Source: Escherichia coli (GTDB lineage Bacteria > Pseudomonadota > Gammaproteobacteria > Enterobacterales > Enterobacteriaceae). From it: a stretch of DNA of 64,000 nucleotides. Each line of letters begins with the position of its first letter. The first letter of the stretch is position 1. The DNA lies in the NCBI RefSeq assembly GCF_044647545.1, contig NZ_CP172818.1. One strand, 5' to 3'. This document shows positions 21,380-35,100 of the stretch, piece by piece. A program made the translations under genes and the position numbers. The notes under the pieces were generated by a model, which was not told the DNA's origin, did not search any database, and saw only the letters and a program-made list of their open reading frames with translations.

Positions 21380-22408
21380 ATGGCAGAGCAAACCTCGCGT
21401 CTCGCAATAATTATTGATAGCACTGGAGCGAAAAATAATGCTGACAATCTGACCTCCTCATTAGTCAAAATGACGCAGGCTGGGGAAACTGCTGCAAATA
21501 GCGCAGGGAAAGTGACTAAGGCAACAGAAGATGAGAAGAACGCGCTCGCAAAATTAAAAGCAGCTATTGATCCAGTTGGTGCCGCAATTGATACTGTCGG
21601 TCGACGCTATTCTGAATTAAAGAAATTTTTCGATAAAGGGCTTATTGATAAAGAAGAATATGAATTTCTTGTCCGTAAACTTAATGAAACCACAGAGGAA
21701 TTGAGCGGGGTTGCGCAAGCGCAGAGAGAAGCCGAGAAGGCCGGAAAACTTGCTGCCGCTCAGCAGGAAGCGCAGGCTCAGGCCTTTCAAAGAATGCTGG
21801 ACAAGATCGACCCTCTGGCTGCGGCGCTAAGAAATCTTGAACAACAGCATGATGAACTTAATGCTGCGTTTGCATCCGGGAAAATAAATGGTTCTCAGTT
21901 TGAGAATTATAGCCGAAAAATACAGGAAACACGGCGAGAGCTTACCGGAGAGGCTCAGGCAGAGCGAGAAGCAGCAAAAGCGCATGATGAACAGGTTGTT
22001 GCTTTGCAACGTCTGATTGCTCAACTTGATCCTGTCGGAACTGCTTTTAATCGTCTGGTAGAACAACAGAAACAGCTCAATGAAGCAAAAGCTAAGGGGA
22101 TGCTTTCTCCTGAAATGTATGAGGAGCTTTCTGGAAAACTTCGTGCTATGCGGAGTGAGCTTGAGGTTACTCAATCACAATTAAGCAAAACCGGAATGTC
22201 GGCAAAACAAACGGCTTTTGCTATGCGCATGTTGCCTGCACAAATGACGGATATTGTTGTTGGGTTGTCCACTGGTCAGTCGCCATTTATGGTGTTAATG
22301 CAGCAGGGCGGCCATTCAGCTATGCAGGAGACAAGAATCGCCAGCTTACCCGTTACAGCGATACCCGCTGGCATGAAGATTCAGTGCGTAACCGCTGGTT
22401 CAGCATGA
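21380..22408 (+). pseudogene. tmpR: Tail tape-measure protein, N-terminal fragment
   Basis: 342-aa coiled-coil-rich ORF typical of tape-measure N-termini; far too short for a full TMP. Confidence 0.7.
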
Positions 22409-22524
22409 TGGCGGGGCCATCTGTACGCGTGAATGAATGGTTCAGTGCTTATGCGATGGCGGGTGTGGCTTACAGCCGTGTTTCGACGTTCTCCGGGGAT
22501 TATCTCCGCGTAACTGACAACAAG
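22407..22524 (+). pseudogene. lomR: Lom-family outer membrane protein, internal fragment upstream of IS5
   Basis: Frame MAGPSVRVNEWFSAYAMAGVAYSRVSTFSGDYLRVTDNK runs into IS5 left end. Confidence 0.5.
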
Positions 22525-23720
<1,196 letters not shown>

Positions 23721-23910
23721 CAAGGGGAAAACGCACGATGTGCTGACCGGAAGTGATGACGATCGCCACAGCAACACGTCTCTGGCGTGGGGAGCTGGCG
23801 TGCAGTTTAACCCGACCGAATCCGTGGCCATTGACATTGCTTATGAAGGCTCCGGCAGTGGCGACTGGCGCACTGACGGTTTCATCGTGGGTGTCGGTTA
23901 TAAATTCTGA
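23721..23910 (+). pseudogene. lomR: Lom-family outer membrane protein, C-terminal fragment
   Basis: Ends with OMP beta-barrel signature ...GFIVGVGYKF; resumes after IS5. Confidence 0.7.
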
Positions 23911-23974
23911 TTAGCCAGGTAACACAGTGTTATGACAGCCCGCCGGTTCAGGCGGGCTTTTTTGTGGAGTGGAT

Positions 23975-26900
23975 ATGGCAGCAGTAAAAATCTCAGGTGT
24001 GCTGAAAGATGGTGCGGGAAAACCAATACAGAACTGCACTATTCAACTGAGGGCAAAGCGTAACAGCACCACGGTACTGGTGAACACGGTGGCCTCTGAA
24101 AATCCGGATGAAGCCGGGCGTTACAGCATGGATGTTGAGTATGGCCAGTACAGCGTCACCCTGCTGGTTGAAGGTTTTCCGCCTTCACATGCCGGAACCA
24201 TTACCGTCTATGAAGGTTCCAGACCAGGTACGCTGAATGATTTTCTCGGTGCCATGACGGAAGATGATGTCATGCCGGAGGCATTGCGTCGTTTTGAGGC
24301 AATGGTGGAAGAAGCGGCACGCAACGCGTCCGCGGTGGCACAGAACACGGCAGCCGCGAAGAAGTCAGCCAGTGATGCCAGCACATCAGCCCGTGAGGCG
24401 GCAACCCATGCGGCTGATGCTGCGGACTCAGCACGCGCAGCCAGCACGTCAGCCGGACAGGCCGCGTCGTCGGCTCAGTCAGCGTCTTCCAGCGCAGGAA
24501 CGGCATCAACAAAGGCCACTGAAGCATCAAAAAGTGCTGCCGCTGCAGAGTCCTCAAAAAGCGCGGCGGCCACCAGTGCCGGTGCGGCGAAAACGTCAGA
24601 AACGAATGCTTCAGCGTCACTACAATCAGCAGCCACATCTGCATCCACCGCGACCACGAAGGCATCAGAAGCTGCGACCTCGGCCCGGGATGCGGCGGCC
24701 TCAAAAGAAGCGGCAAAATCATCAGAAACGAACGCATCATCAAGCGCCAGTAGTGCAGCTTCCTCGGCAACGGCGGCAGGAAATTCCGCGAAGGCGGCAA
24801 AAACGTCCGAGACGAACGCCAGGTCTTCTGAAACGGCAGCGGGACAGAGCGCCTCGGCTGCGGCAGGCTCAAAAACAGCGGCTGCGTCGTCTGCCAGTGC
24901 AGCGTCAACAAGTGCCGGGCAGGCCTCAGCCAGTGCCACCGCCGCCGGAAAATCGGCAGAAAGCGCCGCATCGTCTGCTTCAACAGCCACAACGAAGGCT
25001 GGCGAAGCCACTGAACAGGCCAGCGCAGCAGCGAGGTCTGCTTCCGCAGCGAAGACATCCGAAACGAACGCGAAAGCGTCGGAAACAAGCGCAGAATCCT
25101 CAAAAACGGCTGCCGCATCGTCAGCCAGTTCGGCGGCGTCATCGGCATCATCGGCGTCTGCTTCAAAAGATGAGGCGACCAGACAAGCGTCAGCAGCGAA
25201 GAGCAGCGCCACGACGGCATCCACGAAGGCGACAGAGGCTGCTGGCAGTGCGACGGCGGCAGCTCAGAGCAAAAGTACGGCGGAATCCGCGGCAACGCGC
25301 GCCGAGACAGCAGCTAAACGGGCAGAGGATATTGCATCCGCCGTGGCGCTTGAGGATGCAAGTACGACGAAAAAGGGGATAGTACAGCTCAGCAGTGCGA
25401 CCAACAGTACGTCTGAAACGCTGGCGGCAACGCCAAAGGCAGTAAAATCAGCCTATGACAATGCAGAGAAACGTCTGCAGAAAGACCAGAACGGCGCTGA
25501 TATACCCGATAAGGGATGCTTCCTGAACAACATTAACGCGGTCAGTAAAACAGACTTTGCTGATAAGCGTGGTATGCGTTATGTGCGGGTTAACGCTCCT
25601 GCAGGTGCAACATCTGGAAAATATTACCCTGTTGTTGTTATGCGTTCTGCTGGCTCAGTAAGCGAACTGGCATCAAGAGTCATTATCACCACGGCAACGC
25701 GAACCGCAGGCGATCCGATGAATAACTGCGAGTTTAACGGATTTGTTATGCCTGGTGGCTGGACTGACAGGGGGCGTTATGCTTATGGCATGTTCTGGCA
25801 ATATCAAAACAATGAACGAGCCATTCACTCAATAATGATGAGTAATAAGGGCGATGATTTGCGCTCTGTGTTCTATGTTGATGGCGCTGCTTTCCCTGTT
25901 TTTGCGTTTATTGAAGATGGCCTGTCAATATCCGCACCTGGTGCTGATCTCGTTGTTAATGATACGACCTATAAGTTTGGGGCAACAAATCCGGCGACTG
26001 AATGTATCGCGGCGGACGTTATCCTTGATTTTAAGAGTGGGCGTGGTTTTTATGAGTCTCATTCGTTAATCGTTAACGATAACTTGTCGTGCAAAAAACT
26101 TTTTGCCACAGACGAAATTGTAGCGCGTGGTGGTAATCAGATTCGAATGATAGGTGGGGAGTATGGTGCATTATGGCGTAATGATGGCGCTAAAACTTAC
26201 CTGCTGCTTACCAATCAAGGTGATGTTTATGGTGGCTGGAATACATTAAGACCGTTTGCTATTGATAACGCAACCGGCGAACTGGTTATTGGAACCAAAC
26301 TGTCCGCAAGTCTGAACGGTAATGCATTAACAGCAACAAAGCTGCAAACGCCAAGACGGGTTTCTGGTGTTGAGTTTGATGGTTCCAAAGATATTACTTT
26401 AACCGCCGCGCATGTGGCTGCTTTTGCCAGAAGGGCAACGGATACATATGCCGATGCGGATGGTGGCGTTCCATGGAATGCCGAATCTGGCGCTTACAAT
26501 GTCACCCGCTCTGGCGACAGCTATATTCTGGTTAACTTCTATACCGGAGTCGGAAGTTGCCGGACCCTGCAGATGAAGGCGCATTACAGAAATGGTGGTC
26601 TGTTCTACCGTTCTTCAAGAGACGGTTATGGTTTTGAGGAAGACTGGGCAGAAGTTTATACCTCGAAAAATCTTCCACCAGAAAGCTACCCAGTCGGCGC
26701 ACCAATCCCGTGGCCATCAGATACGCCACCTGCAGGTTATGCAATCATGCAGGGGCAGACGTTTGATAAGGCAGCATATCCGAAACTGGCTATTGCCTAT
26801 CCTTCTGGTGTTATTCCAGATATGCGCGGCTGGACAATCAAGGGCAAACCCGCCAGTGGTCGGGCCGTATTGTCTCAGGAACAGGATGGCATTAAATCGC

Positions 26901-27340
26901 ACACCCACAGTGCCAGCGCATCCAGTACGGATTTGGGTACGAAAACCACATCGTCGTTTGATTACGGTACTAAATCAACGAATAACACAGGTGCACATAC
27001 CCACAATGTATCTGGTACTGCAAATAGTGCTGGCGCACATACTCATACCGTTCCATTAAGGAGACCAAACAGTGGCGGTATGAATTTCGACTGGCTGGAT
27101 GGTTCATCAAGTGGCACGGTGGTGGGGAATGGAACTGTGCCTTCTTCTGGCGCACATACCCACTCAGTATCAGGTACCGCTACAAGTGCTGGGGCACATG
27201 CACACACTGTTGGTATTGGCGCTCATACGCACTCTGTTAAGATTGGTTCACATGGACACACCATCACCGTTAACGCTGCTGGTAACGCGGAAAACACCGT
27301 TAAAAACATCGCATTTAATTATATTGTGAGGCTTGCATAA
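23975..27340 (+). CDS. stfR: Side tail fiber protein
   Basis: ~1121 aa; Ala/Ser/Thr-rich repeats in the middle, HxH repeats near the C-terminus. Confidence 0.9.
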   Translation: MAAVKISGVLKDGAGKPIQNCTIQLRAKRNSTTVLVNTVASENPDEAGRYSMDVEYGQYSVTLLVEGFPPSHAGTITVYEGSRPGTLNDFLGAMTEDDVMPEALRRFEAMVEEAARNASAVAQNTAAAKKSASDASTSAREAATHAADAADSARAASTSAGQAASSAQSASSSAGTASTKATEASKSAAAAESSKSAAATSAGAAKTSETNASASLQSAATSASTATTKASEAATSARDAAASKEAAKSSETNASSSASSAASSATAAGNSAKAAKTSETNARSSETAAGQSASAAAGSKTAAASSASAASTSAGQASASATAAGKSAESAASSASTATTKAGEATEQASAAARSASAAKTSETNAKASETSAESSKTAAASSASSAASSASSASASKDEATRQASAAKSSATTASTKATEAAGSATAAAQSKSTAESAATRAETAAKRAEDIASAVALEDASTTKKGIVQLSSATNSTSETLAATPKAVKSAYDNAEKRLQKDQNGADIPDKGCFLNNINAVSKTDFADKRGMRYVRVNAPAGATSGKYYPVVVMRSAGSVSELASRVIITTATRTAGDPMNNCEFNGFVMPGGWTDRGRYAYGMFWQYQNNERAIHSIMMSNKGDDLRSVFYVDGAAFPVFAFIEDGLSISAPGADLVVNDTTYKFGATNPATECIAADVILDFKSGRGFYESHSLIVNDNLSCKKLFATDEIVARGGNQIRMIGGEYGALWRNDGAKTYLLLTNQGDVYGGWNTLRPFAIDNATGELVIGTKLSASLNGNALTATKLQTPRRVSGVEFDGSKDITLTAAHVAAFARRATDTYADADGGVPWNAESGAYNVTRSGDSYILVNFYTGVGSCRTLQMKAHYRNGGLFYRSSRDGYGFEEDWAEVYTSKNLPPESYPVGAPIPWPSDTPPAGYAIMQGQTFDKAAYPKLAIAYPSGVIPDMRGWTIKGKPASGRAVLSQEQDGIKSHTHSASASSTDLGTKTTSSFDYGTKSTNNTGAHTHNVSGTANSAGAHTHTVPLRRPNSGGMNFDWLDGSSSGTVVGNGTVPSSGAHTHSVSGTATSAGAHAHTVGIGAHTHSVKIGSHGHTITVNAAGNAENTVKNIAFNYIVRLA

Positions 27341-27915
27341 TGGCATTCAGAATGAGTGAACAATCACGTACCGTAAAAATTTATAACCTGCTGGCCGGAA
27401 CTAATGAGTTTATTGGTGAAGGTGACGCATATATTCCACCTCATACAGGGCTGCCAGCTAATTCTACAGATATCGCCCCACCGGAAATTCCTGCTGGCTT
27501 TGTGGCAGTTTTTAACAGTGAAAATGAATCGTGGAATATTGTTGAAGACCATCGTGGTAAAACGGTCTATGACGTGGCGTCGGGGGACGCATTGTTTATT
27601 TCTGAACTCGGACCGCTACCAGAGAATGTCACCTGGTTGTCGCCAGCAGGGGAGTATCAGAAGTGGGACGGCGTATCCTGGGTGAATGATGAGGAAGCAG
27701 AAAAACTGTTTCGGATACGGGAAGCGGAAGAAAGAAAAAGCAACCTGATGCAGGTAGCCAGTGAGCATATTGCGCCGCTTCAGGATGCTGCAGATCTGGA
27801 AATTGCAACGGAGGAAGAAACCCCGTTGCTGGAAGCATGGAAAAAGTATCGGGTATTGCTGAACCGTGTTGATACGTCAACTGCACAGGATATTGAATGG
27901 CCAGCACTGCCGTAG
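27340..27915 (+). CDS. tfaR: Tail fiber assembly protein
   Basis: 191-aa ORF start-overlapping stfR stop; Tfa-like. Confidence 0.85.
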   Translation: MAFRMSEQSRTVKIYNLLAGTNEFIGEGDAYIPPHTGLPANSTDIAPPEIPAGFVAVFNSENESWNIVEDHRGKTVYDVASGDALFISELGPLPENVTWLSPAGEYQKWDGVSWVNDEEAEKLFRIREAEERKSNLMQVASEHIAPLQDAADLEIATEEETPLLEAWKKYRVLLNRVDTSTAQDIEWPALP

Positions 27916-28012
27916 GGTAAAACATATAAATTCTATAATTAGATGTATCTTTCCATTTACGGCAAGGAAGGGGGCTTGGAAGACGTAAAGCATCTCACAC
28001 CGAGATTATTTT

Positions 28013-28603
28013 TTATATGTCAGGTGTCTGAAGTTTTGCTTTGGCTCTTAAAATGGTTTGCCGCGAGGTTTTGAATTCCCGGGCAATGGCACTTATACTT
28101 ACACCTGACTTAATTCGTTCGAATACCACCTGTTTCTGTTCTTCATTTAACACAGGTGGTCGACCAAAACGTTTCCCTGCGCCGCGGGCTCTTACTATCC
28201 CGGAATGAGTGCGTTCAAGTAAAAGGTCTCGTTCAAATTCAGCGACTGCTGAAATTACTTGCATCATCATTTTTCCTGTTGGACTGGTCAGGTCAATGCC
28301 ACCCAATGCTAAGCAATGCACTCTGATACCTGTTTCGGTCAGTTGTTCCACTGTTTTCCTGATATCCATTGCATTACAACCAAGGCGATCCAGTTTTGTC
28401 ACAATCAATTGATCACCACATTTCAGGCGAGCAAGCAACCGGTTAAAACCAGGACGCTCACTGGTTGCTGCTGAGCCGCTAATGTGTTCTTCGATTATTT
28501 GCTGAGGTTTGATTTTAAAACCTGCACTTTCGATTTCCCGGCGTTGATTTTCGGTGGTCTGATCCAGCGTTGATATCCGACAGTAAGCAAAAATTCGAGA
28601 CAT
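28013..28603 (-). CDS. pinR: Serine recombinase / DNA invertase (Pin/Gin/Hin family)
   Basis: 196 aa; N-terminal catalytic Ser region (YCRISTLDQ); C-terminal HTH. Confidence 0.9.
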
Positions 28604-28919
28604 AGTGAGACTCTATACGAAATTGGTGTTCATATCATAATGCATCTCAGAAAATAATTATGATTATTTTTGTGCATATTTGTATGTACACGTTCGAAAA
28701 TAAACGAATGCGTATGCAACCCCGTAATTTTGGTGAGACCCAAAATCGATTTTGTGAAAAAAGGCTTTAACTCGGTTTGTTTTTCGAGTTCCGGGCGGAC
28801 TCAAGGAAGAAGAATAGTGTTGCGTGTTATTTTAACCAGATTTCAAGTTGTTTGGTCGTGGAAAAGTGGAGCAAAATGTTGTTAAAGTGGAAAAATGATA
28901 AAAAAGTAAGTTTATTATA

Positions 28920-29153
28920 TTACATTTTACCATTTAAATTTTGGTTGTCTTTAAGAACTGATATCGCTGTTTGTAATAATTCTTTGTTATCCAGCCATGA
29001 TTTTTTCTTTATGTTTCCTTCAATGTAATCAAGCAATGTTCTGGTATTGATAGGTCTTCCCTGTTTTGCTACTTCCACTACAGCATCCCCTAGGATAATT
29101 CTTACTTCAGGAAGCTGCGCAGGGAACCACTTTAGGGTGTCTTTTGATTTCAT
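28920..29153 (-). CDS. ynaE: Rac prophage protein YnaE (YdfK-like)
   Basis: 77-aa product from internal ATG (MKSKDTLKWF...) of ORF 28920..29258. Confidence 0.75.
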   Translation of the reverse strand: MKSKDTLKWFPAQLPEVRIILGDAVVEVAKQGRPINTRTLLDYIEGNIKKKSWLDNKELLQTAISVLKDNQNLNGKM

Positions 29154-29882
29154 GAAGATATTCCTTAAAATATTATTGATTTTCATTGCGATATTGTATG
29201 TCTGATTCAGGATATGTTGACTTATACATCGGTTTTGTCTGGTTATTGGATATGCCAATCCCTAATTTTATTAGAGCATGACTAAAAATGCTGAATATGA
29301 TAAGGAGCGAAGTGATTATCAGTATGCTGTTCATATAGCCTCGAATTAGTAATGTGTTATATATGATATAGTTGACAATTTTTATCCTGGGTGTTCTTAA
29401 AGTTCGTAGATAAACATTGTCGTTTCAGGTATACAGGAATGCTAACAGGTGGCGGCAAAAATCAGGCGGTTTATGGCGCAAGCTGAAGTGGCAACTGCAA
29501 ACTATCTTATGCAGAGACTCTACACGGATTGGGTTTAAAAGTATACATAGATAACAGTTTTTATCTGAAGAAGAAAAATATCAAGGTGATATAGCCTATA
29601 TGCCTTTGATGCGGAGGAATGAATGTGATGGGAGTGATGTATCTGAATAGTTGAAAAACCGCAGTCACGTCGTATGCAAGAACGTGCTGCGGTTGGTTTG
29701 ACTTTGATTGAGACGTTTTGGAATTTTTTTCGGTGGCAAAAATGGGGCAAAACGCTGCAAAAGGGGCAAAAAAGGGGCAAAAAAAGAGTGGATTATCGTA
29801 GCTTATTGTTGTCGCTGATGATATTTAACACATTGAAAAATAAGTAAAATACTTATGAGTCAGAGAGTTGTGATTTTTGCCC

Positions 29883-29936
29883 TTACTTGTTCAGGTTGTA
29901 TTGTTCTTTCTTACTAATTTCTTGATTTTGCGACAT
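29883..29936 (-). pseudogene. ttcC: Remnant of displaced original ttcA 5' end
   Basis: ATG at ~29936 reads [17 protein letters not shown] then stop at the att repeat boundary. Confidence 0.5.
29887..29929. repeat. Prophage attachment-site core repeat, distal copy
   Basis: Identical 43 bp to 6788..6830. Confidence 0.75.
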
Positions 29937-30111
29937 TTAAAAGCGACTCAATTCGTTATATGGCATCAGAAGAGTATGCGTCATGCCGGAACGCCCAGCA
30001 TAAGAAATCTGATATAAAAACTGTGGCGTGTATGGTACGGATTAGAGGGGAAAATGTCAGCACATTTGCGAAATGAATCAAAAAGCCCGCAGCAATGTGC
30101 GGGCGTTAGTG

Positions 30112-30627
<516 letters not shown>

Positions 30628-30686
30628 TTAGATCAAAGGAGGAAGAATAAGCAGAAAAAGCCCGCCATAACAGCGGGCAGGAGGAT

Positions 30687-31820
30687 TTAGAACTGATAAA
30701 CCAGACCTAAAGCGACAATATCATCGGTAGAGATGCCGTTGGCAGCGTAGAAGCTGTCATCTTCATCCAACAGGTTGATTTTATAGTCAACGTAGGTGGA
30801 CATATTTTTGTTGAAATAGTAAGTCGCGCCAACATCGGCGTATTTAACCAGATCTTTATCATCAACACCTGCCGGGTTGTCTGCACCACCGGCAGCGTGA
30901 AGGTCACGGCCTTTAGACATCAGGAAAGAGACTGCCGGACGCAGACCAAAATCAAACTGGTACTGTGCAGTAACTTCAAAGTTCTGGGTTTTGTTCGCAA
31001 CTGCATAATCGCTGTCGCCAAACGGGGTCATGTTACGCGTTTCTGAATACATGGTTGCCAGGTAAATATTGTTAGCATCGTATTTTAGCCCAGCAGTCCA
31101 CGCGTCTGCTTTATCACCACCTGCCGCAGTATGGTTAACCTGGTCATTGGTGCGGTCAGATGAGGTGTATGCCGCACCAGCGCTAAAGCCCATGCCTAAA
31201 TCATATGTTGTGGAAAGACCCCAGCCGTCACCGTTTTCATGGCGAACATCACGTCCGTTGTTGGTGCCTTCCTGACCATTACTGGCACCTTCGTTGTTAC
31301 CTTGATACTGCACCGCGAAGTTCAGACCATTTACCAGACCGAAGAAATCAGTATTACGATAAGTCGCGACGCCGTTGGCACGACCAGTCATAAAGTTGTC
31401 TGCATTGGTATAAGAGTCACCGCCAAATTCAGGCAGCATATCGGTCCAGCCTTCGATGTCGTACATTACGCCATAATTACGTCCGTAATCGAAAGAACCG
31501 TAATCTGCAAATTTCAGTCCGGCAAATGCCAGACGGGTCCATGACTGGTTTGTTGAAGATTCAGTGTTGTTTGCCTGAATATTGTATTCCCATTGACCGT
31601 AGCCAGTGAGTTGATCGTTAATTTGGGTTTCGCCTTTAAAACCCAGACGCGCATAGCTCTGGTCGCCATCTTTCGCTGAATTATCAGAAAAATAATGCAG
31701 GCCATCAACTTTGCCATACAGATCCAATTTGTTGCCGTCTTTATTATAAACTTCGGCTGCATGTGCAGCACCTGCGGCGAGCAGGGCAGGAATTAAAAGT
31801 GCCAGTACTTTGCTTTTCAT
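30687..31820 (-). CDS. ompN: Outer membrane porin N
   Basis: 377 aa; signal peptide; C-terminal ...YQF. Confidence 0.92.
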   Translation of the reverse strand: MKSKVLALLIPALLAAGAAHAAEVYNKDGNKLDLYGKVDGLHYFSDNSAKDGDQSYARLGFKGETQINDQLTGYGQWEYNIQANNTESSTNQSWTRLAFAGLKFADYGSFDYGRNYGVMYDIEGWTDMLPEFGGDSYTNADNFMTGRANGVATYRNTDFFGLVNGLNFAVQYQGNNEGASNGQEGTNNGRDVRHENGDGWGLSTTYDLGMGFSAGAAYTSSDRTNDQVNHTAAGGDKADAWTAGLKYDANNIYLATMYSETRNMTPFGDSDYAVANKTQNFEVTAQYQFDFGLRPAVSFLMSKGRDLHAAGGADNPAGVDDKDLVKYADVGATYYFNKNMSTYVDYKINLLDEDDSFYAANGISTDDIVALGLVYQF

Positions 31821-32047
31821 TGAATAAATCCTTTAGTTATTTTATTTGCCTTTTATCCCCATTTCGGGGAGTGAAAACATCCTAAAGGAGAAGTTCAGTT
31901 AGCCGATAAATATCATTTGTTACGCCTTAAGTAAAACCTTAATCAAATAATTCTACGGAAATGATAATAAGTTTGGTGAATATATTGTTGGCGACATATA
32001 CAAAATAAAAATTATACATTTAAATAGTGATGCGTTATTCTTCGCGG

Positions 32048-32152
32048 GTTATATGCCTTTATTGTCACAAAGATTATTTTCTGTTGGACCCTTGTTACTG
32101 TTTATCCAACAAATAATGAGACAAGCCCGAACAGTCGTCCGGGCTTTTTTTT
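32048..32152 (+). ncRNA. micC: MicC-like small regulatory RNA
   Basis: 5' gttatatgcctttattgtcaca matches recalled MicC seed; ends in hairpin cccgaacagtcgtccggg + T-run (32125..32150). Confidence 0.7.
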
Positions 32153-32180
32153 AGAATTGGATAATCCTTATCCAGAGCAT

Positions 32181-35100
32181 TTAATCGGTGTTGCTTTTTT
32201 CAGCTTTTCCGGCCATTTGTGCCAGGAAGTCATAGCGTTTTTGCAAATCAGCTGCAGCATCTTTCCATAACTGTTCTGCCACTTCTGGCTGCTGCGAATT
32301 CAGACGACGGAAACGCTGCTCGTGAAGTAACGTTTCTTCCAGTGCTTCTGACGGCGGGCGTGAATCCAGCGCCAGCGGTAGTTTGCCTTCATCGGCACGA
32401 CGAGGATCAAAGCGATATAACGGCCAGAAGCCGGTAGCAGTGAGTTGGCGCATCTGGTCGTGGCTGAGAGCCAGATCGTAACCATGCTCTTCACACGGGC
32501 TATAAGCAATGATCAGCGATGGTCCCGGATACGCTTCCGCTTCCTGAATCGCTTTCACCGTCTGGTTCAGCTGCGCGCCGAGAGAAATCTGCGCCACATA
32601 AACATGACCGTACATCATCATACTGACGCCAAGATCTTTACGCGCTTTACGTTTGCCGTGCTCGCCGAACTTAGTTACTGCACCCAGCGGTGTCGCTTTC
32701 GACGCCTGACCACCAGTGTTGGAATAGCATTGCGTATCCAGCACCAGAATATTGACGTTTTCCGTCAAACTCAATACATGATCCAGACCACCAAAGCCGA
32801 TATCGTAAGCCCAGCCGTCACCACCAATCAGCCAGATTGATTTTTCCACCAGAGCATCTGCGTCACGTAGCAGTTCATGTGCTTCGGCAACATCGTTGAG
32901 TTGCTGGCGTAAAGCTGCAACCTGTTCACGACGAATCTCTGGCGTAGCGTCTGATTTCAACGCAGTCAGTAATTCCGCCGGGATTTTATCGGCAAATTGA
33001 TCCAGCAGACGCAGCACGCGGACACGGTGTTGATCGACCGTCAGGCGGAAACCCAGGCCAAATTCGGCGTTATCTTCAAACAGCGAGTTCGCCCATGCCG
33101 GCCCGCGACCGTTGGCATCGGTAGTATACGGTGTAGAGGGCAGGTTACCGCCATAAATTGAAGAACATCCCGTAGCGTTAGCGATCAACATCCGGTCGCC
33201 ATACAGCTGAGTCAGCAATTTAATATACGGCGTCTCGCCACAACCGGAGCAAGCACCGGAATATTCAAACAGCGGTGTAATCAGCTGTGATGTACGAATA
33301 TCAATACGTTCCAGTTTGCTACGGTCGATTTCTGGCAGGTTGAGGAAGAAATCGTAATTGATTTTCTCTTCTTCGACATGTTCCAGCCGCGACATCATAT
33401 TGATGGCTTTAATCTCTGGATTCTGACGGTCTTTCGCCGGGCAAACTTCGACGCACAGGTTACAACCGGTGCAATCTTCCGGAGCCACCTGCAAGACATA
33501 TTTCTGCCCGCGCATATCACGCGATTTCACATCCAGCGAATGCAGGCTGGCAGGGGCGTTTTCCATCGCTTCAGGCGGTACCACTTTTGCGCGAATAGCT
33601 GAGTGTGGGCAAGCAGCGACGCAGTGGTTACATTGGGTACAGAGTTCCTCTTTCCAGATGGGGATCTCTTCGGCGATATTGCGTTTTTCCCAGCGCGTGG
33701 TGCCCATCGGCCAGGTGCCGTCTGGCGGCAGCGCCGAAACGGGGAGGGCATCACCAAGCCCGGCGAGCATCGCCGCGGTTACGGTTTTCACGAAATCAGG
33801 GGCGGCATCGGAAACCACTGGCGGTCGATTGGCGCTGTGCGGATTTACTGGTTGCAGCGGAACTTCTTCTACGGATTCACGTGCCAGCGCCAGAGCCTGC
33901 CAGTTGCGTTCCACCAGATCCTGACCTTTGCTACTGTAACTTTTGGCAATCGCACCCTGCAATTCTGCGAGGGCGCTATCGCCAGGCAGAATTTGCGTAA
34001 GATGGAAAAAAGCCATCTGCATGACGGTATTAATACGGGCCGCCAGGCCACATTCGCGGGCGATTTTCGCCGCGTTAATCACATAGAAGCGCGCTTTTTT
34101 CTGGTTTAACACGGCCTGAACTTCCTGCGGCAAGCGCGACCATACTTCATCTGCGCTGTACGGCGTGTTGAGCAGGAAAATGCCGCCAGGTTTTAAACGT
34201 TCAGCCATCTGATATTTATCGATAAACTGCAACTGGTGGCAGCCAACAAAATCAGCCTGGGGAATCAGATAAGCGGAACGAATCGGCTGCTCGCTCACGC
34301 GAAGGTGAGAAACCGTCAGGCCGCCCGCCTTTTTGGAGTCGTAAACAAAATAGCCCTGTGCGTACCACGGCGTGGAATTACCGATAATCTTGATATTGTT
34401 TTTGGTCGCGGAAACGCTGCCATCACTACCAAGGCCATAAAACAAGGCTTCAAGTTTCGCCGAGTTTGGCAGGGTGTTATCCGGCAACGGCAGTGACAGA
34501 TTGGTCACATCATCGTAAATACCAACCGTAAAGCGCGCTTTCGGTTTAGCCGCGTTGAGCTCGGCAAATACCGCCAGTACACAGTCCGGGCCAAATTCTT
34601 TGGATGAAAGACCATAGCGCCCACCAATGACACGGGGCAGGGTTTCGCGCTCACCATTATTAAAGGCTTCTGCCAGTGCGGTCATCACATCCAGATAGAG
34701 CGGTTCTGCCTGGGCACCGGGTTCTTTGGTTCTGTCCAGTACCGCCACGCTGCGTACGGATCCCGGCAGAGCTTGTAGCAAGTGTTTGGCGGAGAAGGGA
34801 CGGTACAGGCGAACTTTCAGCACGCCGACTTTTTCGCCACGGGTTAGCAGTTCATCAACCACTTCTTCACAGGTGCCAATGGCAGAGCCCATCAGGATAA
34901 TCACCCGTTCCGCTTGCGGATGCCCGTAATACTCAAACGGCTGATACTGACGACCTGTCGCGGCAGCGAAATCATTCATCGCCTGTTCAACATGGTCATA
35001 GACCGCGTTGTACCAGGGGTTGGTGGCTTCGCGAGACTGGAAATAAGTGTCAGGATTGGCGGACGTACCGCGGATCACCGGATGTTCCGGGTTGAGCGCC

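Noticed and set aside
24264-25382. Long Arg/Pro/Gln-rich ORFs in alternative frames on both strands inside stfR (24264..25382 +, 24270..25295 -, 24475..25224 -)
   Set aside because: They lie entirely within the Ala/Ser-rich repeat region of the tail fiber gene. Open frames in every phase are an expected artefact of GC-rich low-complexity repeats, and they lack independent start signals.
29535-29780. 81-aa minus-strand ORF near the distal att site
   Set aside because: It overlaps the GGGGCAAAA arm-type repeat cluster, has no SD, and has a His/Cys/Phe-rich composition typical of a spurious frame.
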